NCBI GenBank assembly: GCA_900316585.1
Contig: ONDM01000006.1
Coordinates: 307,578-371,577 of the forward strand
DNA: 64,000 nucleotides
Direction of reading: 5' to 3'
Source of the DNA: an uncultured Prevotellaceae bacterium
GTDB taxonomy: Bacteria > Bacteroidota > Bacteroidia > Bacteroidales > Bacteroidaceae
Shown: positions 1 to 10,002 of the stretch, piece after piece
Layout: every line of letters starts with the position of its first letter
Numbering within the stretch: position 1 is the first letter of the stretch
The notes under the pieces: generated by a model
What the model was told of the DNA's origin: nothing
What the model saw: only the letters and a program-made list of their open reading frames with translations
Databases searched by the model: none
Made by a program: the position numbers and the translations under genes

Positions 1-1
1 T

Positions 2-733
2 GATTCTGTTCATAATGGTTATATTGAAGCATGTACTAGAGATTGGAATACAAAAGATGACATGCGTCTTTCAGATAAAGACCAGAATTTTCCAAAATCC
101 CAAAATACTCATTTGCATATTATTGAACCATATACTAATCTATATCGGGTATGGAAGGACAAACGTTTGGAAAACGCATTACGTAATTTGATTGATATTT
201 TTATTAATAAAATATTAAATCCCAAAACACACCATTTAGATCTTTTCTTTGATAAAGATTGGACTAGGGGAGGTGGAACTCTTGAGAGTTATGGTCATGA
301 TATAGAGTGCTCTTGGCTGCTTCATGAAGCAGCACTGGTTTTAGGAGATAAGGAAGTCTTGGCAAAAGTTGAACCCGTTGTTAAGATGGTAGCCAAAGCT
401 AGTGAAAAGGGCATACAACCAGATCATAGTATGGTCCATGAGGCAAATCTAGATACGGGCGATGTAGATTCAGATAGGCATTGGTGGGTTCAAGCTGAGG
501 CTGTTGTTGGTTTTCTGAATATTTTTCAGTATTTTTGTGACGAGAGGTCACTTCAAATAGCTTTAGGAGTTTGGGCATATATAAAAGATCATTTAATTGA
601 CTACGAAAAAGGAGAATGGTTTTGGAGTTGTGATGCCAATGGGGTTGTTAATAGAGTTGAAGATAAAGCTGGCTTTTGGAAATGTCCTTATCATAACTCA
701 CGTATGTGTTTGGAAATAATGGAAAGATTTTAA
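2..733 (+). CDS. AGE-family epimerase (N-acylglucosamine 2-epimerase / cellobiose 2-epimerase-like), 5'-truncated by the window edge
   Basis: The reading frame is open from base 2, with no stop before the first ATG at 62. AGE-type (alpha/alpha)6 motifs are present: GHDIECSWLL, RHWWVQAEAVVGF, FWKCPYHNSRMC. Confidence 0.75.
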   Translation, partial: DSVHNGYIEACTRDWNTKDDMRLSDKDQNFPKSQNTHLHIIEPYTNLYRVWKDKRLENALRNLIDIFINKILNPKTHHLDLFFDKDWTRGGGTLESYGHDIECSWLLHEAALVLGDKEVLAKVEPVVKMVAKASEKGIQPDHSMVHEANLDTGDVDSDRHWWVQAEAVVGFLNIFQYFCDERSLQIALGVWAYIKDHLIDYEKGEWFWSCDANGVVNRVEDKAGFWKCPYHNSRMCLEIMERF

Positions 734-745
734 ATTTAAAATGAC

Positions 746-2161
746 ATGAAGATTTTTTCAGTTTTAACGCTGGTTCTTTTGGCTCTTAATTTGCCATTAC
801 AAGCTAAAGTTGAATTGCCTGAGCAGATTTGCTCTCATATGGTAATACAACAGCAGACGAAAGCAAAATTATGGGGATGGGCAAGAAATGGTGCAAAGAT
901 TGACGTGACAGTATCATGGAATAAAGAAATATATACAACAAAAGCTGATAAGACAGGCCGTTGGGAGGTTTTTATTGACACTCCAGCGGCTAGTTTCGTT
1001 CCTCAACAATTAACGATTTCTGATGGTGAGCCCATAGTTTTGGATGATGTTTTGGTTGGTGAAGTATGGCTGGCTAGTGGGCAGAGTAATATGGAAATGC
1101 CTTTAAGAGGCTTTTGGAATTGTCCTGTCGAAGAATCTGCTCAGACTATTGCATTGTCAGGTCAATATAGAGACAAAATACGTTATCTTACTATTGAAAA
1201 GCAGGAATGTTTTACACCACAGGATAAGGTTAAAGGATCATGGAAAATCTGTACACCTGAAAATGCAATAAGTTTTGGGGCCACAGCTTTTTATTTTGCT
1301 GAAAACCTGACACGTATTTTAGATGTACCTATTGGCATAATTAATAATGCATGGGGTGGAAGTAAGGTCGAAGGCTGGTTGCCAAAAGAGGTCTTAAAGG
1401 AATATGGTGAACCATATACAGAAGAGGATATATTAAAGATAGATCAAGGCTATCATCGTCCTGAAATCATGTATAATGGTGTGCACAACCCTATAGTAGG
1501 TTATACAATTAGAGGGTGCATTTGGTATCAGGGTGAGAGCAATGTAGGTTTGGATAAGACATTTGTAGAACGAATGTCTAAATTGATACAATTGTGGCGT
1601 AAGGAATGGAATCAAGGTGATTTTCCTTTCTATATGGTAGAAATAGCTCCTTACGAATATGGATGGGATCCTCAAGCTGCAAGGTTGAGAGAGGCACAAC
1701 ATAAAGTTTGTGAAATTGTTCCAAATACAGATATTATCAGTACTTCAGATTTGGTTTATTCCGACGAGATTAGTCAGATTCATCCCAGACAGAAAGCAAA
1801 GGTTGGACAGCGATTGAGCTATTTGGCTTTGTCTGGAACTTATGGTTTAAAAGGATTCCCATCTCACGGACCTTCATTTAAGTCTATGGAAGTGAAAGAT
1901 GGTAAAGTAATTCTTCAGTTTAATAATATAGATGACGGCTTTGACACCTTGAATACAGTAGAAGGTTTTGAAGTGTGTGGAGATGACCATAAATTTGTGA
2001 AGGCACGGGCTAAATCTACTGGGAGAGAAATTGAGCTAATAAGTGAAGAAGTGAAAACCCCAATAGCTGTACGTTATTGTTTTCATAATTTTGAGATTAG
2101 CACAATAGGTGGTGCTAATGGTCTTCCTTTGGTTCCTTTCCGCACAGATCAATTTGAATAA
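746..2161 (+). CDS. sialate O-acetylesterase-like carbohydrate esterase (SGNH/DUF303 type)
   Basis: N-terminal signal peptide. The GEVWLASGQSNME block carries the catalytic Ser, and IWYQGESN is present. The start lies 13 nt after the upstream stop. Confidence 0.8.
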   Translation: MKIFSVLTLVLLALNLPLQAKVELPEQICSHMVIQQQTKAKLWGWARNGAKIDVTVSWNKEIYTTKADKTGRWEVFIDTPAASFVPQQLTISDGEPIVLDDVLVGEVWLASGQSNMEMPLRGFWNCPVEESAQTIALSGQYRDKIRYLTIEKQECFTPQDKVKGSWKICTPENAISFGATAFYFAENLTRILDVPIGIINNAWGGSKVEGWLPKEVLKEYGEPYTEEDILKIDQGYHRPEIMYNGVHNPIVGYTIRGCIWYQGESNVGLDKTFVERMSKLIQLWRKEWNQGDFPFYMVEIAPYEYGWDPQAARLREAQHKVCEIVPNTDIISTSDLVYSDEISQIHPRQKAKVGQRLSYLALSGTYGLKGFPSHGPSFKSMEVKDGKVILQFNNIDDGFDTLNTVEGFEVCGDDHKFVKARAKSTGREIELISEEVKTPIAVRYCFHNFEISTIGGANGLPLVPFRTDQFE

Positions 2162-2176
2162 ACTTACAGAAATGCC

Positions 2177-3463
2177 ATGAAAAGAATTATCTTACTTTTA
2201 TTATCTGTTTTTTTATGTGTGGCAGGTTTGTATGCCCAGTATAATTCAGATGAGGTTCGTGTAATTGTTACTCCTGATCACCCAAATTGGGATTACGAGT
2301 GTGGAGAGAAAGCTGAGTTTACTATTCGGGTTGTTAAATCACAATGTCTGGTTCCGAATGTGGCAATTGATTACGAAATGGGGCCACTCATGTATCCTGA
2401 TGAGAAAAAGGAGAATGTTGTCTTAAAAACAGGTGAACAGAAGCTTCATAAGATAACAATGAAGATTCCGGGCTTTTATCGTTTGAAGGTTACTGCAAAA
2501 GTGAACGGTAGGGCTTATTCTGGTTTATGTACAATTTCTTTTGACAAAGATAAGATACAGCCTGTGACTCAATTACCATCTGATTTTTGGGAATTTTGGA
2601 AAAGTTCATTAGATGAAGCTAGGAAGATTCCTTTGGCTCCCCAAATAGAGTTACTTCCAGAAAGGTGTACATCAACAGTTAATGTTTATCATATCTCATA
2701 CCAGAACATCCGTCCAGGCAGTCGTACATATGGTATTCTATGTGTTCCAAAGAAGCCGGGAAAATATCCAGCATTATTTCGAGTGCCTGGTGCAGGAATA
2801 CGCCCTTATAACGGAGATATAGAGACAGCATCAAAAGGTGCCATAACCTTGGAAATAGGAATCCATGGTATTCCAGTAACTTTCTCTCAAGATTATTATG
2901 ATAAACTCTTCAACGGAGCATTGAATAGCTACTGGGAGATGAATATGGACAATAAGGATGCAAATTATTATAAGCGAGTCTTTATAGGTGCAGTTCGCGG
3001 AGTGGATTTTATCTGTTCCTTGCCAGAGTACAATGGAAAGGCTTTAGGAGTTACAGGCAGCAGTCAGGGTGGAATGTTGTCTTTGGTAACAGCAGCTTTA
3101 GATGATAGAGTCACTTTTATAGCTGGAATTCATCCAGCTATGTGTGACCATTCAGCCTCTTTGAAGAAGCAGGCATGTGGATGGCCTCATTATTTTTATC
3201 AGCAGGAAAATCCTGATCCTGTTAGGGTAAAAGTGAGCCAGTATTATGATGGCGTAAACTTTGCTAGATATATTAAGGTGCCAGCATGGTTTGCGTGGGG
3301 ATATAATGATGATGTGGTGTCACCTACAAGTATGTTTGCCATGTATAACATCCTTCAGTGTGAAAAGGAATTTCATCCCTATTTGGAATCAGGGCATTGG
3401 TGGTATTGGGAAGAGTATCAAGATTGGTCCAATTGGCTTTATCGGCAAATGGGGTTAGAATGA
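2177..3463 (+). CDS. acetyl xylan esterase / cephalosporin-C deacetylase-like alpha/beta hydrolase (CE7-like)
   Basis: Signal peptide and a GSSQGG nucleophile elbow. An N-terminal beta-sandwich extension precedes the hydrolase core. Confidence 0.7.
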   Translation: MKRIILLLLSVFLCVAGLYAQYNSDEVRVIVTPDHPNWDYECGEKAEFTIRVVKSQCLVPNVAIDYEMGPLMYPDEKKENVVLKTGEQKLHKITMKIPGFYRLKVTAKVNGRAYSGLCTISFDKDKIQPVTQLPSDFWEFWKSSLDEARKIPLAPQIELLPERCTSTVNVYHISYQNIRPGSRTYGILCVPKKPGKYPALFRVPGAGIRPYNGDIETASKGAITLEIGIHGIPVTFSQDYYDKLFNGALNSYWEMNMDNKDANYYKRVFIGAVRGVDFICSLPEYNGKALGVTGSSQGGMLSLVTAALDDRVTFIAGIHPAMCDHSASLKKQACGWPHYFYQQENPDPVRVKVSQYYDGVNFARYIKVPAWFAWGYNDDVVSPTSMFAMYNILQCEKEFHPYLESGHWWYWEEYQDWSNWLYRQMGLE

Positions 3464-3471
3464 TAATTCAT

Positions 3472-3504
3472 AAAAAAAGGTTCTTCATCGAAGAACCTTT
3501 TTTT
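3472..3504. terminator. bidirectional rho-independent terminator between convergent genes
   Basis: aaaaaaaggttcttc / gaagaaccttttttt forms a perfect 15-bp stem with a 3-nt loop, flanked by A and T runs. Confidence 0.8.
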
Positions 3505-3515
3505 ATGAATCAATT

Positions 3516-3890
3516 TTACTTGTTTTCTTTAAAATACTTAACGGCAGCTTTTACGTTATCTATAACTGCTTTAGATGTGAATGTCGCACCAGTGACTGCA
3601 TCTACATTATTTGTCTCCACATCTTTGATCTTCATGCCAACATATTTTGCGATTAGTCCATCATAAACCATCTTCATGTATTTTGGCCCTTCTTGATTTC
3701 TAGGAACTTCAATGTCTGAAATCTGATTACCTTCAATAGATACTACAAGTGGAGTAGTTCCTTTATAACCTTTAGTGTTGCAGAGAGTCTCTGTGTTAAT
3801 CTTATAAACTTTACCTTCCTTAGTCATTTGAGCATTTGCTGAAATCGTGCAGAAAAATGCAATGACTGCTAAAACTAAATACTTCTTCAT
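3516..3890 (-). CDS. small secreted FMN-binding-domain protein
   Basis: Signal peptide (…TISANAQ). DAVTGATFTSKAV resembles the FMN_bind flavinylation motif. A TACTTTTG -7 box lies upstream on the minus strand. Confidence 0.6.
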   Translation of the reverse strand: MKKYLVLAVIAFFCTISANAQMTKEGKVYKINTETLCNTKGYKGTTPLVVSIEGNQISDIEVPRNQEGPKYMKMVYDGLIAKYVGMKIKDVETNNVDAVTGATFTSKAVIDNVKAAVKYFKENK

Positions 3891-4008
3891 TTTTCTATTG
3901 TTTATTGTTTGTCTTTTATTTTGATTGCAAAAGTAGTTAAAAGATTAAATATAGAGGATAATTTTAATTATTTTTAAATTAAGGTGTTCTGTAGAATTAT
4001 TTGAGGCT

Positions 4009-5394
4009 TTACAATTGAATTTCAACTTTCACCTTTCCAGAAAGGCTTGCAGGAATGAATGGACTTGAACTCTTTCCGTTAATCTTGCAATTTACCACTC
4101 TCTTTCCATGTCCTTTTATTGTAATGCTTAATTCCATATTACGGTACTTTATACCTTTCAACTCGATTTTTTCTCCATTTTCCATACCCATAGGGGCTAG
4201 TTGTATACCCGTTTCCTGGAAGTCCATTCCAAAAATATGATCAATGAAATTGCGGATATATCCTGTGGCACACCAAGTCTGGTGATCTTTTGTATCCCAT
4301 TCATGCCCGCATTGATATCCACCAGAAGGAATGCCATCAATGGTGTAAATTTCATAGAAATTATTCTTTCCGTTATTGATAGCTAGGTTAGCCAAATTAC
4401 GCATTTCAAACCAAAAACGGTCGGTAACGCCATTTCTAGCACAAGCATCAGCATAAAACATGTTTACATGTGGCCATACCATATCATTGTGTCTACCTGG
4501 TCTTGCACGTGAATTTCTGGGGAAGCTAGGATAAACAGCTGTGATTCCATACTGGCTAATATGCGCATTACGGAGTACGTCGGCTGCCTCTTCCTCAGTT
4601 AATACTCCAAACATGCAGGCAAATGAGATACCCAAACCTTCCTGATAATCATGGATGTTACCTTTCTGGTCAATTAAATATACCAATTTATGCTGCTCTG
4701 GTCTATAGAAAACTTCACGGATCCTATTCCGAAGTTTTTCAGCTTTTTGGTTGTATTCATCAACTTTGCTCTTCTCAAACTTTTGTGCCATTTGGGCTAG
4801 TATCTTATAGCACTCATAATAGAGACAGTTTGTGCTCAAACATTTGATGCTATAATAGTTGTGCTCAAGAACGCTGCCTTGGTTTGCTTTCGATTTGTCG
4901 TAAATGGGTTCGTCATATGCTTCAATGCCATCTTGATAGACAGCAGGTCCCATGAATAGTTGGTAATAATTCTCGTAACAGTAATCTTCAAGTTCTCTCA
5001 TGGTACGTTTACTACAAGGATATGCGTCTTCCAAAAAGACAAAATCTCCTGTAACCAAATAGTGTTTCCAAGCACCTATGACCCAAATAATCTTATCCCA
5101 GTATTGGTGTCCGACATGGTCTTTGTTCACTGTTACACTCCATAAAGAGTTCAGTGCAGTTTCAGGACGGAAAAGTGAGACTGCATTCCAACAGTTAATC
5201 GCACAGTCGCGAGTCCATTCGCCACCATATCCGGCCCCAGCTTCAATAATACCATCGTGTGTGTTATTGTCAATAGTCCAAACTGCTAAAGAGAAAGCAT
5301 TATCCAACAGTTCTTCACCTGTAGTTAAACTTTGAGCTTGTGATGGAAAGAAAAATCCAAGAAAAGTCACAAGGGACAACAATACTCGTTTCAT
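4009..5394 (-). CDS. putative (alpha/alpha)6-barrel glycoside hydrolase (amylo-alpha-1,6-glucosidase/GH63-like fold)
   Basis: I moved the start to the internal ATG that gives signal peptide MKRVLLSLVTFLGFFFPSQAQ. That start is 8 nt downstream of the GH3 stop. GGEWTRDCAINCWN-type motifs are present. The family assignment is tentative. Confidence 0.5.
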   Translation of the reverse strand: MKRVLLSLVTFLGFFFPSQAQSLTTGEELLDNAFSLAVWTIDNNTHDGIIEAGAGYGGEWTRDCAINCWNAVSLFRPETALNSLWSVTVNKDHVGHQYWDKIIWVIGAWKHYLVTGDFVFLEDAYPCSKRTMRELEDYCYENYYQLFMGPAVYQDGIEAYDEPIYDKSKANQGSVLEHNYYSIKCLSTNCLYYECYKILAQMAQKFEKSKVDEYNQKAEKLRNRIREVFYRPEQHKLVYLIDQKGNIHDYQEGLGISFACMFGVLTEEEAADVLRNAHISQYGITAVYPSFPRNSRARPGRHNDMVWPHVNMFYADACARNGVTDRFWFEMRNLANLAINNGKNNFYEIYTIDGIPSGGYQCGHEWDTKDHQTWCATGYIRNFIDHIFGMDFQETGIQLAPMGMENGEKIELKGIKYRNMELSITIKGHGKRVVNCKINGKSSSPFIPASLSGKVKVEIQL

Positions 5395-5402
5395 TCTTTT
5401 TT

Positions 5403-7709
5403 TTATTTTATTTTCTTTAATACATTGTTGACCTTCCACGCCTGTGCATTTTTCTGTGTATAAGCGCCAGTGCCTCGAACATCTTCAATATTTGCTGCGA
5501 AATAGACCTTATAATCACCAGCTGCAGTTTCCCATTGTGATGCGGCCTCATTGAAGCTTGCCAGAGAATAAGTATCTACATTGAAAGTTAAGGTTTCGCT
5601 TTGTCCAGGTTGTAAAAATTTAGTTTTTCCGAAACTCTTTAATTCACATGCAGGTTTATCCAAACCGCCAGCTGGAGCTGCTACGTATAGTTGTACAACT
5701 TCCTTGCCAGCCACTTTACCTGTATTTGTGACAGTAATTGTGGCAGTAAATCCATCTTTAGTTGCTTTTACTGTTGGATTGCTGTAACTGAATGTAGTAT
5801 AGCTTAGGCCATAACCAAATGGGTAGCTTAATTTCACGTCTTTAGTGTGATAGTAACGATATCCTACATAGATTCCTTCATCATAATTGGTAAAATGCAC
5901 ATTTTTGCGTTCAGGCTTAGGTGTCATTGCATACTTACCCATAGCAGAAGGACCTGTATAGTCATAAGGGAAGTTGTCATAAGTATTGGTGTCAAAATAA
6001 GTAATAGGAATTGACATCGTTAACTTACCACTTGGATTTTCTTTACCAGAAAGAACATCCATAACTGCATTTCCTCCTTCTTGTCCTGGGAGCCAACAAC
6101 AAACCACAGCATCTGCAATGCCCTTTAAAGGCTCAACCTGAGTTGCACCACTGATATTTAGTATGACGATAACCTTTTTACCCGCTTTGTGAAATGCAGT
6201 AGAAACTTTGTTCAACATATTCATTTCAATGTTGGTAAGAAGATAATCGTCAAATGCATGTCGGTCTAGACCTTCTCCGTTACTTCTTCCCAGTGTAATT
6301 ACGGCAAAGTCATCCTGACTGGCACTTTCTTCAATCAGTTTGTCATTAATGCTGACTTCTGAAAGGCTTGTGCGGCCCAAATACGCATAAATAGGATTCT
6401 TAGCAACCAATGCTTCTATAGATTTTGCGACCTGTTCTGTATAGAATTCAGAAAGTTTGGAGTTTACATTATATCCGTAGCTTCTCAAACCATCCAAAAG
6501 ATTAACCGTGTATGCTTTGTTAACACTTCCAGAACCAGTGCCACCCGCTATAAAGTCATAAGAAGATATACCGAAAAGGCCTACATTCTTACCAGTTCCT
6601 GAAAGAGGAAGGGTATTATCTTTATTTTCTAATAGAACAATACACTCTGTAGCAGCCTGACGTGCTACTTTAGCATGTGCCTCTAAGTCTGGTTTGTCAC
6701 TATATTTGTAACCATGGAACCTTGGGCTTTTAACGACAATTCCTAAGATTCTTTCTACACTATTATTCAAATCATTTTCAGAAAGAGAACCATTTTTGAT
6801 GGCTTCCAGGACTTCATTGTATTGCTGGTCAGATCCAGGTGTCAGCAAATCATTGCCTGCCCAAATCTCTTTCTGGGTGTTACGAAGACCTGCATATGCC
6901 CAATCACACATGACATAGCCCTCGAATCCCCACTCGTTGCGGAGAATGTCTGTCAGAAGCTCACGGCTCTCCATGCTTTGTTGTCCGTTGATAGCATTAT
7001 ATGCAGTCATGACAGTCCACGGTTTAGCCTCCTTGATTGAGATCTCAAATCCTTTCAGATATAGTTCTCGTAAAGCACGTTGTGAGAGTCTAGAATCATT
7101 ATCCTTACGATTCGTTTCTGCATTGTTTACTGCGAAGTGTTTGACACTGGTACCTACACCTTGACTTTGTACGCCACGTACATAAGCAGCTGCAATCTTG
7201 CCAGATATATATGGGTCTTCACTGTAATACTCAAAATTACGTCCACAGAGAGGGTCACGATGTAGATTCTGTCCGGGCGCCAGAAGAACATCTACGCCAT
7301 ATTCTAAAACTTCATTGCCAATAGATTTTCCTACATTTTCAACTAGTTCAGTATTCCAACTGCATGCCAGAGCTGTACCAATTGGAAATGCTGTACAGAA
7401 ATATGTTTGATCAGTGCCATCTCTTCTAGGGCTGATACGAAGTCCAGCAGGCCCATCAGCCAATACAGAAGGAAGAATGCCCAGTCGCTCTATCATGGCA
7501 GTTGAAGCTGCAGAACCGGGAACATATAGCGTACTGTTTCCATATCCTGTAAAAGCACTGCTGGAACAGCCAATGACCATCTTAGCTTTTTCTTCAAGAG
7601 TCATGGCTTTTACAATCTCCTTAATGTTGTTTTCGTTCAGTTTCAGTTGGGCATTAATGTTGATGCCTGCCAAACAGAATAAACTTAGAGCAATTAAAGT
7701 CTTTTTCAT
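5403..7709 (-). CDS. glycoside hydrolase family 3 beta-glucosidase/beta-xylosidase
   Basis: The start is set at MKKTLIALSLFCLAGININAQ, with a TATCTTTG -7 box at 7738-7745 on the minus strand. GH3 motifs are present: PAGLRISP, KHFAVNNAETNR, VMTAYN, VMCDW. The C-terminus is Fn3-like. Confidence 0.9.
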   Translation of the reverse strand: MKKTLIALSLFCLAGININAQLKLNENNIKEIVKAMTLEEKAKMVIGCSSSAFTGYGNSTLYVPGSAASTAMIERLGILPSVLADGPAGLRISPRRDGTDQTYFCTAFPIGTALACSWNTELVENVGKSIGNEVLEYGVDVLLAPGQNLHRDPLCGRNFEYYSEDPYISGKIAAAYVRGVQSQGVGTSVKHFAVNNAETNRKDNDSRLSQRALRELYLKGFEISIKEAKPWTVMTAYNAINGQQSMESRELLTDILRNEWGFEGYVMCDWAYAGLRNTQKEIWAGNDLLTPGSDQQYNEVLEAIKNGSLSENDLNNSVERILGIVVKSPRFHGYKYSDKPDLEAHAKVARQAATECIVLLENKDNTLPLSGTGKNVGLFGISSYDFIAGGTGSGSVNKAYTVNLLDGLRSYGYNVNSKLSEFYTEQVAKSIEALVAKNPIYAYLGRTSLSEVSINDKLIEESASQDDFAVITLGRSNGEGLDRHAFDDYLLTNIEMNMLNKVSTAFHKAGKKVIVILNISGATQVEPLKGIADAVVCCWLPGQEGGNAVMDVLSGKENPSGKLTMSIPITYFDTNTYDNFPYDYTGPSAMGKYAMTPKPERKNVHFTNYDEGIYVGYRYYHTKDVKLSYPFGYGLSYTTFSYSNPTVKATKDGFTATITVTNTGKVAGKEVVQLYVAAPAGGLDKPACELKSFGKTKFLQPGQSETLTFNVDTYSLASFNEAASQWETAAGDYKVYFAANIEDVRGTGAYTQKNAQAWKVNNVLKKIK

Positions 7710-7737
7710 AGTGTTTTTATTATAGATTATTTTGCTG

Positions 7738-7795
7738 CAAAGATAGCTAAAAATCCGAAGATGTTTGTCAGTTCTCCATAAAATGTATATCTTTG
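7738..7795. promoter_or_regulatory. divergent promoter pair (two opposed TATCTTTG -7 boxes)
   Basis: caaagata at 7738-7745 is TATCTTTG on the minus strand and serves the GH3 gene. tatctttg at 7788-7795 is on the plus strand, 20 nt before the ATG at 7815. Both match the Bacteroidetes sigma-A -7 consensus TAnnTTTG. Confidence 0.6.
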
Positions 7796-7814
7796 GAGCC
7801 AAATCAATATACTT

Positions 7815-8918
7815 ATGTCAAGCAACATCAAGCGAATTGTTCTCACTGGAGGACCTTGTGCTGGTAAAACCACAGCTCTTGTTCGTGTCATAGAGCATTT
7901 CTCAAACCTAGGTTATAAAGTTTTTACTGTTCCAGAAGTTCCTACTATGGTAACTCAAGCGGGTTGGAATTATCTGACTACAAATCATGATTTTTATTAT
8001 GAGGGAGAGAAGACCATTCTGGAGCTTCAGCTAAAATTGGAGGATTCCTTTTATCATTTAGCAGAAACCATTAAGGAACAGCCATGTGTGATAATATGTG
8101 ACCGAGGCGTTTTTGATATCAGTGCATACATCAGTCCAGAGATGTGGAAAGAACTTGTTGACGGAGTTGGTGAGACCATGAGTGGTCTAAAGGCACGATA
8201 TGATGCAGTACTTCATTTGGTAAGTGCAGCAGATGGTGCAGAACAGTATTATACAGTTGCGAATAATGCTCAGCGTTATGAGCAGGCTGATGAGGCAGGT
8301 CTTCAGTTGGCTCGTGATTTAGACAAGAAAGTCATTGCTGCTTGGAAAGGACATCGGCATCTCCGTGTTATCAACAATGGTGAGGATTTCGAGCGTAAAA
8401 TGCAGCGTGTGTTGAAAGAAATAAGTAAGGTCTTGGAACTTCCATCTGCTATTGAAGAGGAGCGAAAGTATTTGGTTGAACTTACAGGGAATGTCCAGAA
8501 TGCTATTGAAAGTGACATTAGTCAGACATATTTGGTGGCTGACCCTGGTTGTGAGGTTCGAGTTCGTCGTCGTAGTTGGGGTGATGGTACTGTAGTGAAT
8601 GTGCATACAACTCGCAAGCGTGTTTCTGACAGTGAAGAAATCTATGTGGAACGTCAGGTTGAGAATGCACTATACGAGTCTTTGCTACAGCAGGCTGATC
8701 CTTATCGTCATACTATAACTAAGCACAGAAAAAGTTTCATTTGGAAAGGACAGTTTTTCGAGCTAGATGCTTATGAAGGTAATCTGAATGGACTTGTTAT
8801 ACTTGAGACAAAAGGTATGGTAAAGCATGAAGAGGTGAAGTTCCCTCCGTTTATTAAGGTAATAGAAGATATTACGGGTAATACGAATTATTATAATTAC
8901 AATTTGAGTTTGAAGTAA
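7815..8918 (+). CDS. P-loop NTPase (AAA_28/NadR-kinase-like) fused to a C-terminal CYTH (triphosphate tunnel) domain
   Basis: A Walker A motif (LTGGPCAGKTT) is at the N-terminus. An ExExK signature (IEEERKYLV) starts the C-terminal roughly 155-aa domain. Confidence 0.65.
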   Translation: MSSNIKRIVLTGGPCAGKTTALVRVIEHFSNLGYKVFTVPEVPTMVTQAGWNYLTTNHDFYYEGEKTILELQLKLEDSFYHLAETIKEQPCVIICDRGVFDISAYISPEMWKELVDGVGETMSGLKARYDAVLHLVSAADGAEQYYTVANNAQRYEQADEAGLQLARDLDKKVIAAWKGHRHLRVINNGEDFERKMQRVLKEISKVLELPSAIEEERKYLVELTGNVQNAIESDISQTYLVADPGCEVRVRRRSWGDGTVVNVHTTRKRVSDSEEIYVERQVENALYESLLQQADPYRHTITKHRKSFIWKGQFFELDAYEGNLNGLVILETKGMVKHEEVKFPPFIKVIEDITGNTNYYNYNLSLK

Positions 8919-9018
8919 TTATACTTTTGAGAGTAGATAGATATAAAATAACCTTTAATTTTTAAGCCTATTTATTATTAATTTAAAAAACAGACATTAA
9001 TTTAAAGAAACATTTTTA

Positions 9019-9933
9019 ATGAAGAAATCTTGTTGGGTTAGTGCAATAGTTATTGCAGTTTTAACCGCATCTTGTTCTTCCACTGTGACTGATGATTTTG
9101 ACTCAACTGAAGTTGAAAGTCAAGTAAAAGATTTGACATTCTCAGTCAAGGGCAATGATTTCCAGATTGATCAAAGCTCTCTTACTCGCGCAGCAGCATC
9201 AGACGTGCTGAAAACTTTAGATCTGGCTCTTTATATCCCACAATCTGATGGTACTTACTCTAAGTATGCCGAAGTTCAAACTTCATCCACTGATGAAAAT
9301 TTTGGGACAATAACCATACCTAATGTAGCTTATGGAACTTATAAAGTAGTAGCTGTTGGTAATGCGACGAGCTCATATGGTGGGCATGCTACTCTTTTGG
9401 ACCCTCGGGCTATTACTTATGAGGAGGAAAAAGTCCCAATGGTTTACTATGTCTTCCAAGACGTTATCGTATCTTCCAGTACGGGGAACGTGGCACTTGA
9501 GCTAAAGCCAGCTGTGGCATCATTCAAAATGGTTATGCAGGGTGCTGTCCCTGAAAATGTTGCAAAAATGAAATTCGATGTCACTCAATGCTCAAACTCA
9601 TTTGATGCTTCAACAGGTTTGGCTACAGAAGGGAAAATTCAGGATTATTCTATATCTTTTGATTTTTCATCAAATGTGGTGGGAAAACAAAACATTAGTG
9701 CTCGTTTGAATGTATTTCTTTCTGCAGAAGATTATTCTTCCAATTCACCTGTTACTATCAAGGCTGCGGCTTTGGATGCAAATGGGAATGAGATAGTTTC
9801 CTATGATTTTGCTTCAGTTCCACTTCGTATAGGTTATATAACAACTTACACTGGAAATTTCTTTCAGGATGACGAGGTAGGATATTCTATTACTGTAGAT
9901 AACAACTGGGGTAATATCTCTGGAACATACTAA
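9019..9933 (+). CDS. fimbrillin-like (type V pilus family, FimB/Mfa2-like) lipoprotein
   Basis: Lipobox LTASC followed by acidic residues. Length and beta-rich composition are typical of Bacteroidales fimbrillin-fold proteins. A TACTTTTG -7 box lies at 8922-8929. Confidence 0.45.
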   Translation: MKKSCWVSAIVIAVLTASCSSTVTDDFDSTEVESQVKDLTFSVKGNDFQIDQSSLTRAAASDVLKTLDLALYIPQSDGTYSKYAEVQTSSTDENFGTITIPNVAYGTYKVVAVGNATSSYGGHATLLDPRAITYEEEKVPMVYYVFQDVIVSSSTGNVALELKPAVASFKMVMQGAVPENVAKMKFDVTQCSNSFDASTGLATEGKIQDYSISFDFSSNVVGKQNISARLNVFLSAEDYSSNSPVTIKAAALDANGNEIVSYDFASVPLRIGYITTYTGNFFQDDEVGYSITVDNNWGNISGTY

Positions 9934-10002
9934 TAACCGATAGAGTGAAGGGTAGGTGATGACGGCTTAAGAGCCCTTCTTCTGTCATAATCAAGAATAA
10001 AC

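Noticed and set aside
8977-9006. Direct repeat ATTAATTTAAA x2 (8977-8987 and 8996-9006) in the leader of the fimbrillin-like genes, considered as a possible invertible-promoter or phase-variation element.
   Set aside because: No flanking inverted repeats and no nearby recombinase gene. The repeat is short, pure A/T, low-complexity sequence.
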